Source of the DNA: an uncultured Clostridia bacterium
Lineage (GTDB): Bacteria; Bacillota; Clostridia; TANB77; CAG-508
Reading direction: 5' to 3'
Assembly (NCBI GenBank): GCA_963557785.1
Contig: CAUWBF010000009.1
Location: 715-64,714 of the forward strand
DNA length: 64,000 nt
Shown here: positions 46,780-57,821 of the stretch, one piece after another
How the letters are laid out: each line of letters opens with the position of its first letter
Numbering within the stretch: the first letter of the stretch is position 1
Notes under the pieces: model-generated
The model's database searches: none
What the model saw: only the letters and a program-made list of their open reading frames with translations
Told to the model about the DNA's origin: nothing
Made by a program: the position numbers and the translations under genes

Positions 46780-48000
46780 TTAGTTTTTAATATTTTTTGA
46801 ATTGATGAGATATACTTGGGTTCCATATTTAATTTTCACTTTGTTCTTTCGAATATTCTTCGAGAGCGCACTGGTTGTTTTCTGATACGCATTCTGAAGG
46901 GCTTGCATTCCCCATTGTGAAAAAGTATTATCACTTGTGGTACTATTGAAATTCATGCTTTGATCTAAAGCTCCACCACTGATGTCTTTGGTGGTCTCTC
47001 TGAATGAACTTCTGGGTACATACAAACCTTCAAGACCGTCCATATCATAGATACTCAGGTTGATTTTTACCAATTCATCATTGAAGAGTACACTGGTAAC
47101 ATTGCCCTTGACACGCTGTTGGCCGAATCCACTCATGGTACAGTAAAGGTAGCTTCCTTTGCGGATAGTACGCTCACCTATATCAATGTCATCAAGCAAG
47201 CGAAGTCTGACTCTGCTTCCATCAACTGCTTTTATATCTTCATCAACGATGGCCTTGATCAATTTGTGGTCAGGTTCGTTGTTATTGATGGTATTGAAAT
47301 AATCTGAAGCTTCATCATGCTTCTTTACGACTTCTTCCGTTTTGTCATTTTCATCCAAGCTTTTGACCGCATTGACATTGGTTTCTATTACTTCATCTTC
47401 TTTGTCCTTAGATTGGTTTCTTTGCATAGAGGACTTGATTTTTCGTGCTGCCTCAGAAAGTTCGTCATCATTTACTTCCTCTGAGGAAGTGTTTTCTTCT
47501 TCTTTTTGGGCTTCTTCCAAGGCTTTACGAAGTTCAAGGAGCTTCCGCTCATCTTCGCTTAGATCCGAAGAACTAAGGGATTCATCTTTCTTTTGCTGAT
47601 TATGAATCCTATTCTTGATTTCCTCAATCTGTTCGGTCGTGTTTTTGGATGATTCACTGGTAGAATCCATTGCTGCCAGTTCCGCGTCACTATATTGAGA
47701 TTCGTATTTTTCTTTTTCCTTTTCAGTTCTTCCTTCAATATTTTCAACAGCTGAACCATCTTTGATTTTACCAAAGTTTTCGACCATATTCTGATATTTC
47801 TGACCGATACCATCTCCTTTGATATTAGCAGATGGAAGTTTGTCATTATAATAATTTGTCGTTTCCATCTTACTTGTTTCAACTGGTTTTAAATTGAAAA
47901 AATCACAGACGAAATATCCGGTAAACAGAAGGGGTAAATACACAATGGCCGGCAGTACATATTTAGGTTGCCGGAAGTTTATTTTATCTGTTATATTCAT
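46780..48000 (-). CDS. conjugative transposon TraM-like protein
   Basis: 406 aa with N-terminal TM, a charged coiled-coil middle and a globular C-terminus. Confidence 0.5.
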   Translation of the reverse strand: MNITDKINFRQPKYVLPAIVYLPLLFTGYFVCDFFNLKPVETSKMETTNYYNDKLPSANIKGDGIGQKYQNMVENFGKIKDGSAVENIEGRTEKEKEKYESQYSDAELAAMDSTSESSKNTTEQIEEIKNRIHNQQKKDESLSSSDLSEDERKLLELRKALEEAQKEEENTSSEEVNDDELSEAARKIKSSMQRNQSKDKEDEVIETNVNAVKSLDENDKTEEVVKKHDEASDYFNTINNNEPDHKLIKAIVDEDIKAVDGSRVRLRLLDDIDIGERTIRKGSYLYCTMSGFGQQRVKGNVTSVLFNDELVKINLSIYDMDGLEGLYVPRSSFRETTKDISGGALDQSMNFNSTTSDNTFSQWGMQALQNAYQKTTSALSKNIRKNKVKIKYGTQVYLINSKNIKN

Positions 48001-48015
48001 ATTCTACTGAGGTTG

Positions 48016-48384
48016 TTATTCTAAAACAGGGTCCTGAGATTCCGAAACGGCATCCGAACTGTTTTGAGGGTTATGGTGACGTTTTAACTTCAAATACTGT
48101 TCTTGCGTTTGAATGACACTGGAACGAGTTTTAGGCATATTTACAGCGGTTGATAATCTATAAAGGTTTAATCCTATACAAAACAGTACAATGCTGAAAA
48201 TAATCCCTAAGAATATTTTAGGATACGAACTTGCAAAGGTTTGAACTTTTAAAGCAAAGACATCCAGTTTCGTTTTTCTTGCAAAACTGGCTCCTGCATT
48301 AAAACTCTGTTCATGTAGTTCCTTGTATTTCGGGTCATTCTTATCAGGCATATCTTCGCCCAATAGCATTTTTTTTATTTTCAT
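48016..48384 (-). CDS. conjugative transposon TraL-like small membrane protein
   Basis: 122 aa with a single TM; assigned by operon position. Confidence 0.4.
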   Translation of the reverse strand: MKIKKMLLGEDMPDKNDPKYKELHEQSFNAGASFARKTKLDVFALKVQTFASSYPKIFLGIIFSIVLFCIGLNLYRLSTAVNMPKTRSSVIQTQEQYLKLKRHHNPQNSSDAVSESQDPVLE

Positions 48385-48387
48385 AAT

Positions 48388-49002
48388 TTAATAGTTGGAT
48401 TTTGTACGTTGTTCAATATCTTTGTTCAGGGTTGTGCGCCAGTTGACGATAAGCAGTCCGTGAGGATTATTTTCAGTTCTTGGTACACGTTTAAGATAAC
48501 CTTCTGTAACAAGTTCACGCATCAGGATTGAAGTTCGCCTTTCAATGCGCTGTCTTCCGTAATAAGTGAAAGACATATCTTTTTTGTTGAACTTCACGCT
48601 GTCACAATAGATACTGAATACTGCACTTGAAGCCATTACATTCCCATAGAAACCTTTTTCTTTCAGAGCATTGTATTGTGCCAATCCGGACTCATCAATC
48701 AAATACATGGCTTTTTCCATGGTATATTTGATATACTTGTCATCAGGAGCCAGGGTGAAAAAGAGGTGATGAAACATTTCCACATGGCTCTTGGCTTCCA
48801 CATCCAAGGTTTCTTCCATTGTTGAGCGATTTACTAAAATAGGAACCGTACCATCCAATACATAGATTTTCTTCTGCGCATCATTGACCATTGTCTTTGC
48901 AGTCCAAATACTTCCTAATGATATAATAGTACAGCCAACTAAGAAAAGGCTGCATATTATAAGTACAAGCTTAATCTTATTTTCTAAATTTTTGATTACC
49001 AT
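48388..49002 (-). CDS. conjugative transposon TraK-like protein
   Basis: 204 aa with N-terminal TM; size and position match TraK. Confidence 0.5.
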   Translation of the reverse strand: MVIKNLENKIKLVLIICSLFLVGCTIISLGSIWTAKTMVNDAQKKIYVLDGTVPILVNRSTMEETLDVEAKSHVEMFHHLFFTLAPDDKYIKYTMEKAMYLIDESGLAQYNALKEKGFYGNVMASSAVFSIYCDSVKFNKKDMSFTYYGRQRIERRTSILMRELVTEGYLKRVPRTENNPHGLLIVNWRTTLNKDIEQRTKSNY

Positions 49003-49020
49003 AAACTATTTATTTTGAAA

Positions 49021-50145
49021 TTAAATACCAATTCTTCTTGAAATATGACTACTCATCGTAGTACTTACACCTTCGCCAAATGAACGTGCGGAGAATGAAG
49101 TTTCTCCTTCCGGTACCATCCATGCTGCAAGATCCGGCACCAAGCTAAGACATTTAAGTGATACGACAGATGCTGCCATCAGATAACCGGCTGTAAAAAA
49201 TGAGTTTTGGAGATAGGCCGTAGCAGTTTCCTGATTTGCCGTAACAGCTGCCAAATCGTTGTATTGGATATTGATAACTATATCGAACAGGAGAAGTACA
49301 TAGAAGCCTACGAAGTACAGCATGGCTCCGTAGAAATGCACTGTTAAATACCTGATAATCCATTTAGCCCAAGCTCCTTCCCATTTGGGTAGAATAGAAA
49401 AAGCCCATTGGATTGGACCGAATATAGTTAATACACCCAAGAGAATTTGTTGGCAGTATATAGTTCCCCACCATCCTATTCGGTAAGTAATCAGTGCTAT
49501 AAGCATAATGACTTTATCGAGCAGCATCACAGTTCCGGCTGAAGTCGAAACAAGACTGGCCTTGTAAACATTCTTTTCATCTTGTGTCGCAGCATCTATA
49601 TCCGTGGTCTCTTGTACTGCTGATTGAGTCAATAACTGTCCTAACTTTTCCCGAGCTTGCGCGATTGTAGCTATCGGGTCGGAAGTTTTTTCTCCCAGTT
49701 GAAACATAAGCTGTTGCACATCTTCCATTCTATCTTCAACCTGGGCTGCTTCAGCTTCATATAAATCATGGGTATAAGATCCAATAGCGTTGGGAACATA
49801 AGCTAAAAAATCCAGTACACACCAATTTGTACTTTTGTTACCTATTCCGGTTATTTGCGGTGGGTACCACCAACAAAGTATAATGCTAATTGCTAGTGGC
49901 TTGAATAGTTTCATGATGTCTAAAGGTTCTTTTTTAATCATCATTTTGTACGCCATATTTGCACACATGATAATGGCAAAGAGTCCGCCTAAACCCATTG
50001 AAATCTGAAGAATGTACCAAAACGGGCCTTGTGAACCAATCAGTGTTTCACTCGTGAGAAACTCGTTTGTGCGAAAGATCACATCGTCAATTTCACTTTC
50101 AAGAAGGTTAATGCCGAAATCTACGGCTGTGCTGTCATTCGTCAT
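49021..50145 (-). CDS. conjugative transposon TraJ-like polytopic membrane protein (VirB6 analog)
   Basis: 374 aa with at least six TM helices. Confidence 0.55.
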   Translation of the reverse strand: MTNDSTAVDFGINLLESEIDDVIFRTNEFLTSETLIGSQGPFWYILQISMGLGGLFAIIMCANMAYKMMIKKEPLDIMKLFKPLAISIILCWWYPPQITGIGNKSTNWCVLDFLAYVPNAIGSYTHDLYEAEAAQVEDRMEDVQQLMFQLGEKTSDPIATIAQAREKLGQLLTQSAVQETTDIDAATQDEKNVYKASLVSTSAGTVMLLDKVIMLIALITYRIGWWGTIYCQQILLGVLTIFGPIQWAFSILPKWEGAWAKWIIRYLTVHFYGAMLYFVGFYVLLLFDIVINIQYNDLAAVTANQETATAYLQNSFFTAGYLMAASVVSLKCLSLVPDLAAWMVPEGETSFSARSFGEGVSTTMSSHISRRIGI

Positions 50146-50151
50146 ATTTTT

Positions 50152-50886
50152 CTATTTTTGAGTTGTCGTTTTAGTTTGAATTTTATCAGTCACTCCAATC
50201 CATCTGTTGTAACCGGCAAGTGATTCTTCCTTGACTCTGTGAGAGATATTGGAAGACATCACATTCAAGACTCTATTGGCTGCTTTTTTCAAAGTCAGAG
50301 TTTTTACTCGATCCACGAGCAGTTCATTGGTTTTGCAGATTTCATCATAAATGGTCATATATTGTTTTTGGCGTTGAGAATTTGCCAAATATGCCTTTTT
50401 GATGGTTTTAATAGCAAAATCATACTGATCTGCAAGAGATTTCCATTCTTCTATTTCATCATTCTTTGTCTTTCCACTGAGACTGTTGATGTTATTTCTA
50501 TACTTTCTTAATGTATTATCCAGTTTATTACCGATTGAAGTCCATGCCAAATCAACTTCTCTATCAGCCAAATTCAACGCTTCTATCTTTGCCCTTGACT
50601 TTAAATCTGCTTCTATGCTATCAGCAAATTCTACCTGTGGTTTCGAACTTAAATAGGTCGTCATACGCAATGAGTTCTTAGGAGAAGTTGGAAGGTATGC
50701 TGTCTTCTTGTAATTTTTATGAAACATATTATAGTAAAAGTCAGGAGTCAAAACGCCTGCCCCTAACTCCATCACTTGAATTTGATTTCGTTTTGCTACA
50801 TCAGGCAAGTACGTCATACTCTGAGCTGTTACCTTCGTACCTATAATAGGCAAAAGGAATAATAGGGAACAAATAACTCTTTTCAT
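50152..50886 (-). CDS. secreted protein (TraI position)
   Basis: 244 aa with signal peptide. Confidence 0.4.
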   Translation of the reverse strand: MKRVICSLLFLLPIIGTKVTAQSMTYLPDVAKRNQIQVMELGAGVLTPDFYYNMFHKNYKKTAYLPTSPKNSLRMTTYLSSKPQVEFADSIEADLKSRAKIEALNLADREVDLAWTSIGNKLDNTLRKYRNNINSLSGKTKNDEIEEWKSLADQYDFAIKTIKKAYLANSQRQKQYMTIYDEICKTNELLVDRVKTLTLKKAANRVLNVMSSNISHRVKEESLAGYNRWIGVTDKIQTKTTTQK

Positions 50887-50898
50887 TTTTTTTGCTGT

Positions 50899-51672
50899 TT
50901 AATAACCGATTATATTCCCATTCTCCATCCATTTTTCAATAGCATCTGTAGCTATCTGTTTTATGGTTTTTGAACGGTATAGAGCTGATTTCCAATAGCA
51001 GGTTCTCACTTGAATGAACTGCCATGTACGAAAGTAGGCATTGTTTACTATATCTTGGATTTTTTGCAGAGAGTTTGCAATAGACTCTACAATGAATGTC
51101 AATGTAGCAGTCGTGCAATTCACTTGTCCGCTTGCATAACCTCCTATAATCACAAAATCTTGCCAAATGTTCTTGACCTCAGTTTGTATATTTTTTATAG
51201 CCCTTGCATTAACAGTTAGCAGCAAAGTGTCTGCAGATTCTATTTTACCTCGAAGTAAAACCTTATCTTTGTATTCCTTGATAAGTTTTTCATATTTGCC
51301 AAGCTTATCCTTTACTACATCGCAAGTTTTATATACTCCGAAGCCTGTCTGTACAGAACTTAGCACTAAGTCAAGGACATCAAAAGCTCTTTCGTATTTG
51401 TCTAATTCTACATTTATGTCTTTGTAGTTCCTATTTGTTGCAGCACTGGTTTTGTGAAGTAATTTATTGCTTTCTTCCAAAACACTGCGTGCATAAAGAA
51501 TAGCGCGTTGCTTTTTGTGGTCACGGATGTATGCTTCAATGGTAGCAACATCTGGTACCAACTGGGCTTTTATAGTATTAGAGGAGACAAAATAAAGCAA
51601 TAGCATAAGAATAACCTTGAAAGGCAAAAGATGCTTCTTGTTTTTTATTCCCTTTGATTCTTTTAGTTTCAT
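50899..51672 (-). CDS. secreted protein (TraH position)
   Basis: 257 aa with signal peptide. Confidence 0.4.
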   Translation of the reverse strand: MKLKESKGIKNKKHLLPFKVILMLLLYFVSSNTIKAQLVPDVATIEAYIRDHKKQRAILYARSVLEESNKLLHKTSAATNRNYKDINVELDKYERAFDVLDLVLSSVQTGFGVYKTCDVVKDKLGKYEKLIKEYKDKVLLRGKIESADTLLLTVNARAIKNIQTEVKNIWQDFVIIGGYASGQVNCTTATLTFIVESIANSLQKIQDIVNNAYFRTWQFIQVRTCYWKSALYRSKTIKQIATDAIEKWMENGNIIGY

Positions 51673-51681
51673 ATTGTGGTT

Positions 51682-54297
51682 TTAATTTTGAATTTGTGTA
51701 GTGGCTGCATCGGGTTTTACACCGCCAGTAATCATCCATCTTTTATGGCATTGTTCTGCAATATTCAATTTTCTGTCCTTGTCTGCATTGAGCTTGGGGA
51801 TAAAACTCAAAAACCAATCTTTGACCGTGTATTTGTAATGCAGGAATTTTTCAATGAGTACCAACTGCGTATGTATATCTGAAAGACGTGCTTCAATATC
51901 TCTTGCTATATCCAAACGGTCACTTGCCCATAAAAGGTGTTTCACATCTGGAGTATCGTCTTTTTCAACTTCAGGTGTTTTGTATAGTTCAACCGTTACT
52001 TCGCAATTTGGATGTTGCTGAGCCAATTGACTGAGTTTGTCATTTACCAGCTTGCTGTTTTCTGCTTCTGGACGGTTGGGGTCAAGATCCATTTCTTCCG
52101 CAATGGTAGTTTCGCTCCAACTACTTGTTAATTCCCAGTCTATTTGGACGATGGCACGGTGAATTTTGATACCTAAAAAGTATTTGGGCTTTCGGGCTAT
52201 CTTCACGGTAGCTTTGAACGTGACATCGCTGAAATCCTTGCCACCCATTGTTCCTTTCCGGATAAAGCTATCACCTTCCCAATGGCCTTCTTCAGACCAA
52301 GCTATTTCATAAGCACTTTTCATGCTTTTCATAATTTGTGGAATACGATTGTAGTCGTCAGTTTGTACTTGTTCACCTTCTTCTGCTTCTATTATGGCTT
52401 GTTCTACACTGGTAATGGAATGTCGTAGTCCATCATATTTCAATTGTTTTTCTTTGATGGTTTCCTGTATTTTGTTTAGCTGCTCGCGGTATTTGTCACG
52501 TTCTTCAGTCGTTGTGGCTGAATTGAGTTTTCTTCGAATCTGGTCATATTCTTTATTTAACTCATCCAATTCTTTTTGAAGTACATTCGCTTCACTTCTC
52601 ATACTCTCGGCTTGTTTTTTTAACTCGGCAATATTCTCGGTAATTTCGGTTTCGTTACCTAAAGTGGTTTTCATTGCACATTGTCTGGTATGATCATTTA
52701 CGGTTTTTCCACAGCTACGGCATTTGTAGGAAGTACTACCTTTGCCTAATACACCACCGTCACTACAGGTTACAAGGAAAGTTGCAGAACTGGCTCCTTG
52801 GATGTCCCGGTCAGTTGTAGCTTCATAATATTTTCTTTCATCGTAACCTATTTTGTAGGTGTAATTTTTTTCCGGTTCAGGATTGTTCAAATCATCGGGA
52901 TTACTTATATCTGTATGATCGCCATTCAGATTGTATTGCTCTAACCGAGCATTCATCATAGCCATAAAGGTATTCCTGTCCATTTTATAACTGTCGAAGA
53001 TTTCTTCATAAACAACTTCTTTAATGTCAGTATATTTATAGACTTGTATGTCATAAGCATACGCTTTTATGATAAAAACGCGGCTAATAATAGGATCTTT
53101 TATTTCTATGATTTTCTCATTGAGATTCTTGAAAAATTCATATCTATATCCTTTTCCTATATTTTCTTGATTCAATTGCTCCACTTTTTTTCGGCTCCAT
53201 CCGGCTTGATTTTCAGAATTACGGAGAATATCTTCCTGCTGACTTTCATTGGGAAAGAAGTTTTCGCTCTTTTTAGGGAAAAATCTATACCAGTGATCGC
53301 TTTTAAGGACACTACTTTGATCTGTTGGTGCTTTATAATCACATATCAAATCCGTACTCTTTTCTTCACGATAGATATAAACTCTTTGAGTGTAGAATTG
53401 ACCATTGGCAGCAGATGTAAAATCATCAGCCCATTGAGTTGTGTTATAGTCACTCAAATCGAAAAGATCCTCAATATTATCCTTTCCGGCAAATTGATTG
53501 ACAATTTCTAAGGCTGATTTGTCTTTCATGTTTGAAAACATATCGTTTGCATTTCCTGCCAGTGTAATAATATCACCTATCTTGTCTTGGAATGTACCAC
53601 CAAAACTTGTTCCTTGAAGTAGTTTATTCAAGTTGCTATTGAAACCTGATGCAGCTAAAGCAGCTCCTTTAACAACAAGGTTCTCAATATCAGCCATGAA
53701 GTTCTCTTTAGTAAAACTGTTTTGAATATCATCAGAGATGGCTTCAAAAGTAGTTTTCCAATCAACTTCTCCTAATTTGGTAATATCAAATACTTGTTTG
53801 AACTGGTCGGCAATTTCCAAGAATGGAAGGTCCTTAAAAGATAGTTTACCATTGGTAACTACACTCTCAAATTGTTGACATAAGGATTTTACATCTTGCG
53901 TTGTTTTTACAAGATAACTTCCCCAATAGATAGCCGTTGATGGATCCTTTACCATCAACTTGGCTACATCTATTGTTTTGGGAATAATACCTCTACTCAC
54001 TATATTATAAATTCGTTTATAATAATAGTTTTCATCGGAACTCCATATATTAACATTGGTCAAAGCCTTTCTGTCGAGATGTTTTACAAAATAAATTCCG
54101 GCAGCTGCAACTTCTGCTCCCTTATAGCTTTGACGAATCTTTAGAAGGTTTTGATTATGCTGTGATTCTATCAAAGAATTGGTTTGAAAAGCGATTTCCA
54201 TTGCAGCTAAAGTCTCCTTGTCAACATTGATATTTTGAGCTTGAAAAGGAAAACAATAGGCGATTGCCAGAATTGTAATTAGTATAAAACGTCTCAT
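51682..54297 (-). CDS. large secreted coiled-coil protein inserted in tra operon
   Basis: 871 aa; signal peptide; CRSCGKT...C cluster; ~90-aa coiled coil (ELDELNKEYDQIRRKLN...). Confidence 0.5.
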   Translation of the reverse strand: MRRFILITILAIAYCFPFQAQNINVDKETLAAMEIAFQTNSLIESQHNQNLLKIRQSYKGAEVAAAGIYFVKHLDRKALTNVNIWSSDENYYYKRIYNIVSRGIIPKTIDVAKLMVKDPSTAIYWGSYLVKTTQDVKSLCQQFESVVTNGKLSFKDLPFLEIADQFKQVFDITKLGEVDWKTTFEAISDDIQNSFTKENFMADIENLVVKGAALAASGFNSNLNKLLQGTSFGGTFQDKIGDIITLAGNANDMFSNMKDKSALEIVNQFAGKDNIEDLFDLSDYNTTQWADDFTSAANGQFYTQRVYIYREEKSTDLICDYKAPTDQSSVLKSDHWYRFFPKKSENFFPNESQQEDILRNSENQAGWSRKKVEQLNQENIGKGYRYEFFKNLNEKIIEIKDPIISRVFIIKAYAYDIQVYKYTDIKEVVYEEIFDSYKMDRNTFMAMMNARLEQYNLNGDHTDISNPDDLNNPEPEKNYTYKIGYDERKYYEATTDRDIQGASSATFLVTCSDGGVLGKGSTSYKCRSCGKTVNDHTRQCAMKTTLGNETEITENIAELKKQAESMRSEANVLQKELDELNKEYDQIRRKLNSATTTEERDKYREQLNKIQETIKEKQLKYDGLRHSITSVEQAIIEAEEGEQVQTDDYNRIPQIMKSMKSAYEIAWSEEGHWEGDSFIRKGTMGGKDFSDVTFKATVKIARKPKYFLGIKIHRAIVQIDWELTSSWSETTIAEEMDLDPNRPEAENSKLVNDKLSQLAQQHPNCEVTVELYKTPEVEKDDTPDVKHLLWASDRLDIARDIEARLSDIHTQLVLIEKFLHYKYTVKDWFLSFIPKLNADKDRKLNIAEQCHKRWMITGGVKPDAATTQIQN

Positions 54298-54304
54298 ATT
54301 GCTT

Positions 54305-57001
54305 TTATTTTTGTTTTAAATTCAGTACATGCCCAGTTTGATTTACCTTTTGAGCAAAAGCCAAAGATTTGCTAATACCGGATAGATTCCAGTCGCGGCA
54401 ATACATTTCAATAGCTTCCTGGTGGCTGCATTTAAGCTCTGATTTATAGAGTTTCAATGCTTCTTTCTCGGCTCGTTCGGTAGTGTAGGTCATATAACAT
54501 TCTCTGGGTTCTTCGACTCCATAGACATCACTTGCCAGTCCGCGCCGTATGAATACCTCACGGAAGAAACTTCTTCCATCTTTATTATCCAATCGGTTGA
54601 TTGTAAATATCTTCTTGCATTCTATATCAGTCAGACCTAAAACGGATTGAATTTGATCAAATCGTTCCTTGAATTTACCTTGATCCAATAAAATTGTCAC
54701 GTCTGAATTATTGATGATAGCTTCTTTTACAATAGGACTACCGATAATATCCTGCAACTCCTGAGTAACGACACCAACCATTGCCCAAAATTTTCGGGCT
54801 GTTTTGTACAAATATTTGATGTATTCTGCCATCATGGGAGATGCTACTGCTTTCCATGCCTCTTCAATCACAAGGACTTTGCGATTTTTTTTGATTCGCA
54901 TTTTCTGGATGAATACGTCCATGATAATGAGCGTTACAAGAGGGAACAGAGTCTTATTATCTTTAATCGTATCAATTTCAAAGACTATGAAGGTTTCATC
55001 AAACAAACTGCTGTCTAAGTTTTCATTCAGCGTGCGTTCGTATGAACCACCACGATAAAATTCAGAAAGTGAATAATTGTAAGACGATATATCAATACCT
55101 GTAATCTTATTTTCGTTGCAGATGTAGGGTATGCGTTCGGTACTGTATTCGAAGAAACTGTTGAATGAGAGTTCTTTCACGATAAGAGCTTTTCTACGGG
55201 CTTCCATTTCATGAATTTTATCCCATATACGCTTTTCCACGTCTTCATTTGTGTCTGAAATGCGTCTCTCAGTGGCCGTATCTATCAATAGTTTTTTATG
55301 GAGGGCTTCAATTTGAGTCTTGTTATAGCCGTTGAATCCTACGAAATAAGCTTCATAATATTCTTTGATAACTTGTTCTATCAGCAACTCTTCAATTTTG
55401 GTGGGTATAGCAGAGTTACCCTTCCAAATGAGCATAATCAGATTTTTCAAGAAGTCAACTTTCTCAACATTCAATTCCTCTTTATTGATTTGGAATGGAT
55501 TCATTGTGATAGGATGCTCTTCTGTATAGCTGATATATTTGCCACCTACATATTCGCATAAACCTTCATAGGAGTTACCTGTATCTACCATAACTACGTC
55601 TGTTCCTTGTTCCCAAAGTTGACGAACAACGGAGTTCATGTGAAAGGATTTACCGGAACCGGAGGGACCAAGACAGAAAAAGTTCGAGTTGTCGGTTAAT
55701 TTAATTTTACCCTCTTTTCCGGAAATGTCAATAGCTACTGGCACGCCCTGGCGGTCTGTATAGTAAACCTTTAATGGGGTGTCTTCACTCTTTGGAAGTT
55801 TTTCCTTGTACATTAAGCAGGATGCTGCATCGCTTAATGTAAGAAAACGGTCATATTCTTTATTCATAGAGTAACAGTTTCCCGGGAAACTGCCTACGAA
55901 TAGTTCAAGTTGATTGTAAGAGTGCTGAGAAATCTGAATACCAATACGGCTAAAAGTATTCTCTAAGTTATTCGTTACTTTTTGCAAATCGGTATTATTA
56001 TCAACGGTAATCACTATATTGTAGTGACAATAAACCAGTTGCTTGTTCTCACGAGCAGTAAGTTCTTCTACCTTCTTTATATCTTCCACTGCAATTTCAT
56101 TGCTTGGATTTGGCAAGGAACTATGACGGTTCTTTTTCTTTGCCAGTTTTGATAATTCCTGTCTTTGATTAGGTAGAAAAATGATTTGATTGAAAACTAC
56201 ATTTACAGAATCAGGAATGCTGTCTAACATAGACATCAAATCTACCGGCATAGTGACATTGTTGACATCTATATTTGTATAAGGCTTGATTAGTTCCGGA
56301 ACGACTATGCAGTCAACATCTACTAAGCTGTAAATCTTGAATTTTTTGGAACCAATACCAATATATTCGTCCGTCACTTTGTAGTTGTTGTGACTCAGAT
56401 TCTTTTGTGTGTAGTTTTGGGTATAATATTGATTGATGAATCGCTTGGCTTCTTTTTTATTAAGATAATGAGCGTCAATGCCTCTGTCCCGGAGTTGATC
56501 TTGTACTTTGCCGAGTTTTACTTGAAAATCTTGCCATTTTTTATTGTCATAACTCATCAAACGGCTTTTCTTATTCTCCTGAGTTATGGTGAGGTAAGTA
56601 ATGCAATCGGTATATTCTCGACCACCAAAATAGCGGAAATAACTTTCACTTAAAAACTCTTTGTTTCCACCTTCGGCCTCGAAACCTTTACGGACGAATA
56701 CATCTTGTTTGTGAATCGCATATCCTTCGCCTAATGTAGACATCAAAGAGGTGAGCAAACTGGAGAAGGAATAATACTCGTTAATGTCAGCACAGTATTT
56801 CTGTACAGGATTTACGATTTTTACAGTTGCAGAAAATTCTCCGGTTTTTGTATAGTACACACCGATACCGTCTACTTCCTCTATCGAAAAGTAGATTTCC
56901 TTAAAGATTTTAGCTTTTTTGCTGCCGGTGCCAAATGCTCGCACTGAAATAGCCATACCTATACAGATGGCAGCAAAACACAACAATACATATACTAACA
57001 T
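54305..57001 (-). CDS. VirB4-family T4SS ATPase (Bacteroides TraG type)
   Basis: 898 aa; Walker A GPSGSGKS; Walker B VLVIEEAWK. Confidence 0.85.
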   Translation of the reverse strand: MLVYVLLCFAAICIGMAISVRAFGTGSKKAKIFKEIYFSIEEVDGIGVYYTKTGEFSATVKIVNPVQKYCADINEYYSFSSLLTSLMSTLGEGYAIHKQDVFVRKGFEAEGGNKEFLSESYFRYFGGREYTDCITYLTITQENKKSRLMSYDNKKWQDFQVKLGKVQDQLRDRGIDAHYLNKKEAKRFINQYYTQNYTQKNLSHNNYKVTDEYIGIGSKKFKIYSLVDVDCIVVPELIKPYTNIDVNNVTMPVDLMSMLDSIPDSVNVVFNQIIFLPNQRQELSKLAKKKNRHSSLPNPSNEIAVEDIKKVEELTARENKQLVYCHYNIVITVDNNTDLQKVTNNLENTFSRIGIQISQHSYNQLELFVGSFPGNCYSMNKEYDRFLTLSDAASCLMYKEKLPKSEDTPLKVYYTDRQGVPVAIDISGKEGKIKLTDNSNFFCLGPSGSGKSFHMNSVVRQLWEQGTDVVMVDTGNSYEGLCEYVGGKYISYTEEHPITMNPFQINKEELNVEKVDFLKNLIMLIWKGNSAIPTKIEELLIEQVIKEYYEAYFVGFNGYNKTQIEALHKKLLIDTATERRISDTNEDVEKRIWDKIHEMEARRKALIVKELSFNSFFEYSTERIPYICNENKITGIDISSYNYSLSEFYRGGSYERTLNENLDSSLFDETFIVFEIDTIKDNKTLFPLVTLIIMDVFIQKMRIKKNRKVLVIEEAWKAVASPMMAEYIKYLYKTARKFWAMVGVVTQELQDIIGSPIVKEAIINNSDVTILLDQGKFKERFDQIQSVLGLTDIECKKIFTINRLDNKDGRSFFREVFIRRGLASDVYGVEEPRECYMTYTTERAEKEALKLYKSELKCSHQEAIEMYCRDWNLSGISKSLAFAQKVNQTGHVLNLKQK

Positions 57002-57101
57002 TATCTATTTCTTTAGTTGTAGTACTTTAAAAAAAAAGTAGGCTCAACCTTAAAGCTAAGCCTACCTAAGTCGTTTTCATTTTCGTAACTTGGAAAAGGT
57101 T

Positions 57102-57392
57102 TTAAAGTCGCTCACTGTAGGCATAAATAAAAACACCTTTTGGATTCTTTTTCGAATATAAACCCTTTCGCTGTTTAATCATGATGATTCCAACACCAGT
57201 ACTCACTGCTATTACTAATACAATCAGTCCGACCATAAAGCCTAAGAGGGTGTATGTTATAATAAATCCGAGAAGACTTATTCCTGCTGTAATAGCGGCC
57301 CAGACAATATAACGTCCTTGAAGACCCAAAAATTCCAAAGGGCGTTGAAGCCCTTTGAACATTTGAAATTCTGGATTGTTTGGTTCAGCCAT
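57102..57392 (-). CDS. TraF-like (VirB3 analog) small membrane protein
   Basis: 96 aa with two TM helices; sits immediately upstream of the VirB4-like gene. Confidence 0.5.
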   Translation of the reverse strand: MAEPNNPEFQMFKGLQRPLEFLGLQGRYIVWAAITAGISLLGFIITYTLLGFMVGLIVLVIAVSTGVGIIMIKQRKGLYSKKNPKGVFIYAYSERL

Positions 57393-57404
57393 TAGATGAT
57401 AGAA

Positions 57405-57776
57405 TTATCCACCTACACCGAAGAATGCAGGTAAAGCCTTAGCAGCTGCGATGAGGAAGATGCAAGATCCTACGGTCATCATGATCTTCTTCTTGACATC
57501 CTGCTCCTCGTTATTCATGGCAATGTACACGGAAATGGCACCGATGATGGCCACAATACCGGCAAGTGCGTAGCACAGGTTTGTTACAATAGGGATATAT
57601 TTTTTAAGTTCGTTGGTAACATCTCCTAATGCTGTTGTTCCTGATGCGTAGTCTTGCGCGAAGGCAGTAGCAGGAGTAAGAATTTTGATACACGCAGTTA
57701 AAACTGCAACTTTTACAGTAAAAGCAGCATTCGAATTTTTTGCTTTCGCTGTACTCCAGATTTTTTTGAAGTTCAT
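57405..57776 (-). CDS. TraE-like (VirB2/TrbC pilin-like) protein
   Basis: 123 aa; signal peptide + two TM helices; C-terminus ALPAFFGVGG. Confidence 0.5.
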   Translation of the reverse strand: MNFKKIWSTAKAKNSNAAFTVKVAVLTACIKILTPATAFAQDYASGTTALGDVTNELKKYIPIVTNLCYALAGIVAIIGAISVYIAMNNEEQDVKKKIMMTVGSCIFLIAAAKALPAFFGVGG

Positions 57777-57821
57777 TGTGTTTAAAAAGTTATTTAGGGT
57801 GAATAAAATTTTATCAGTTTA

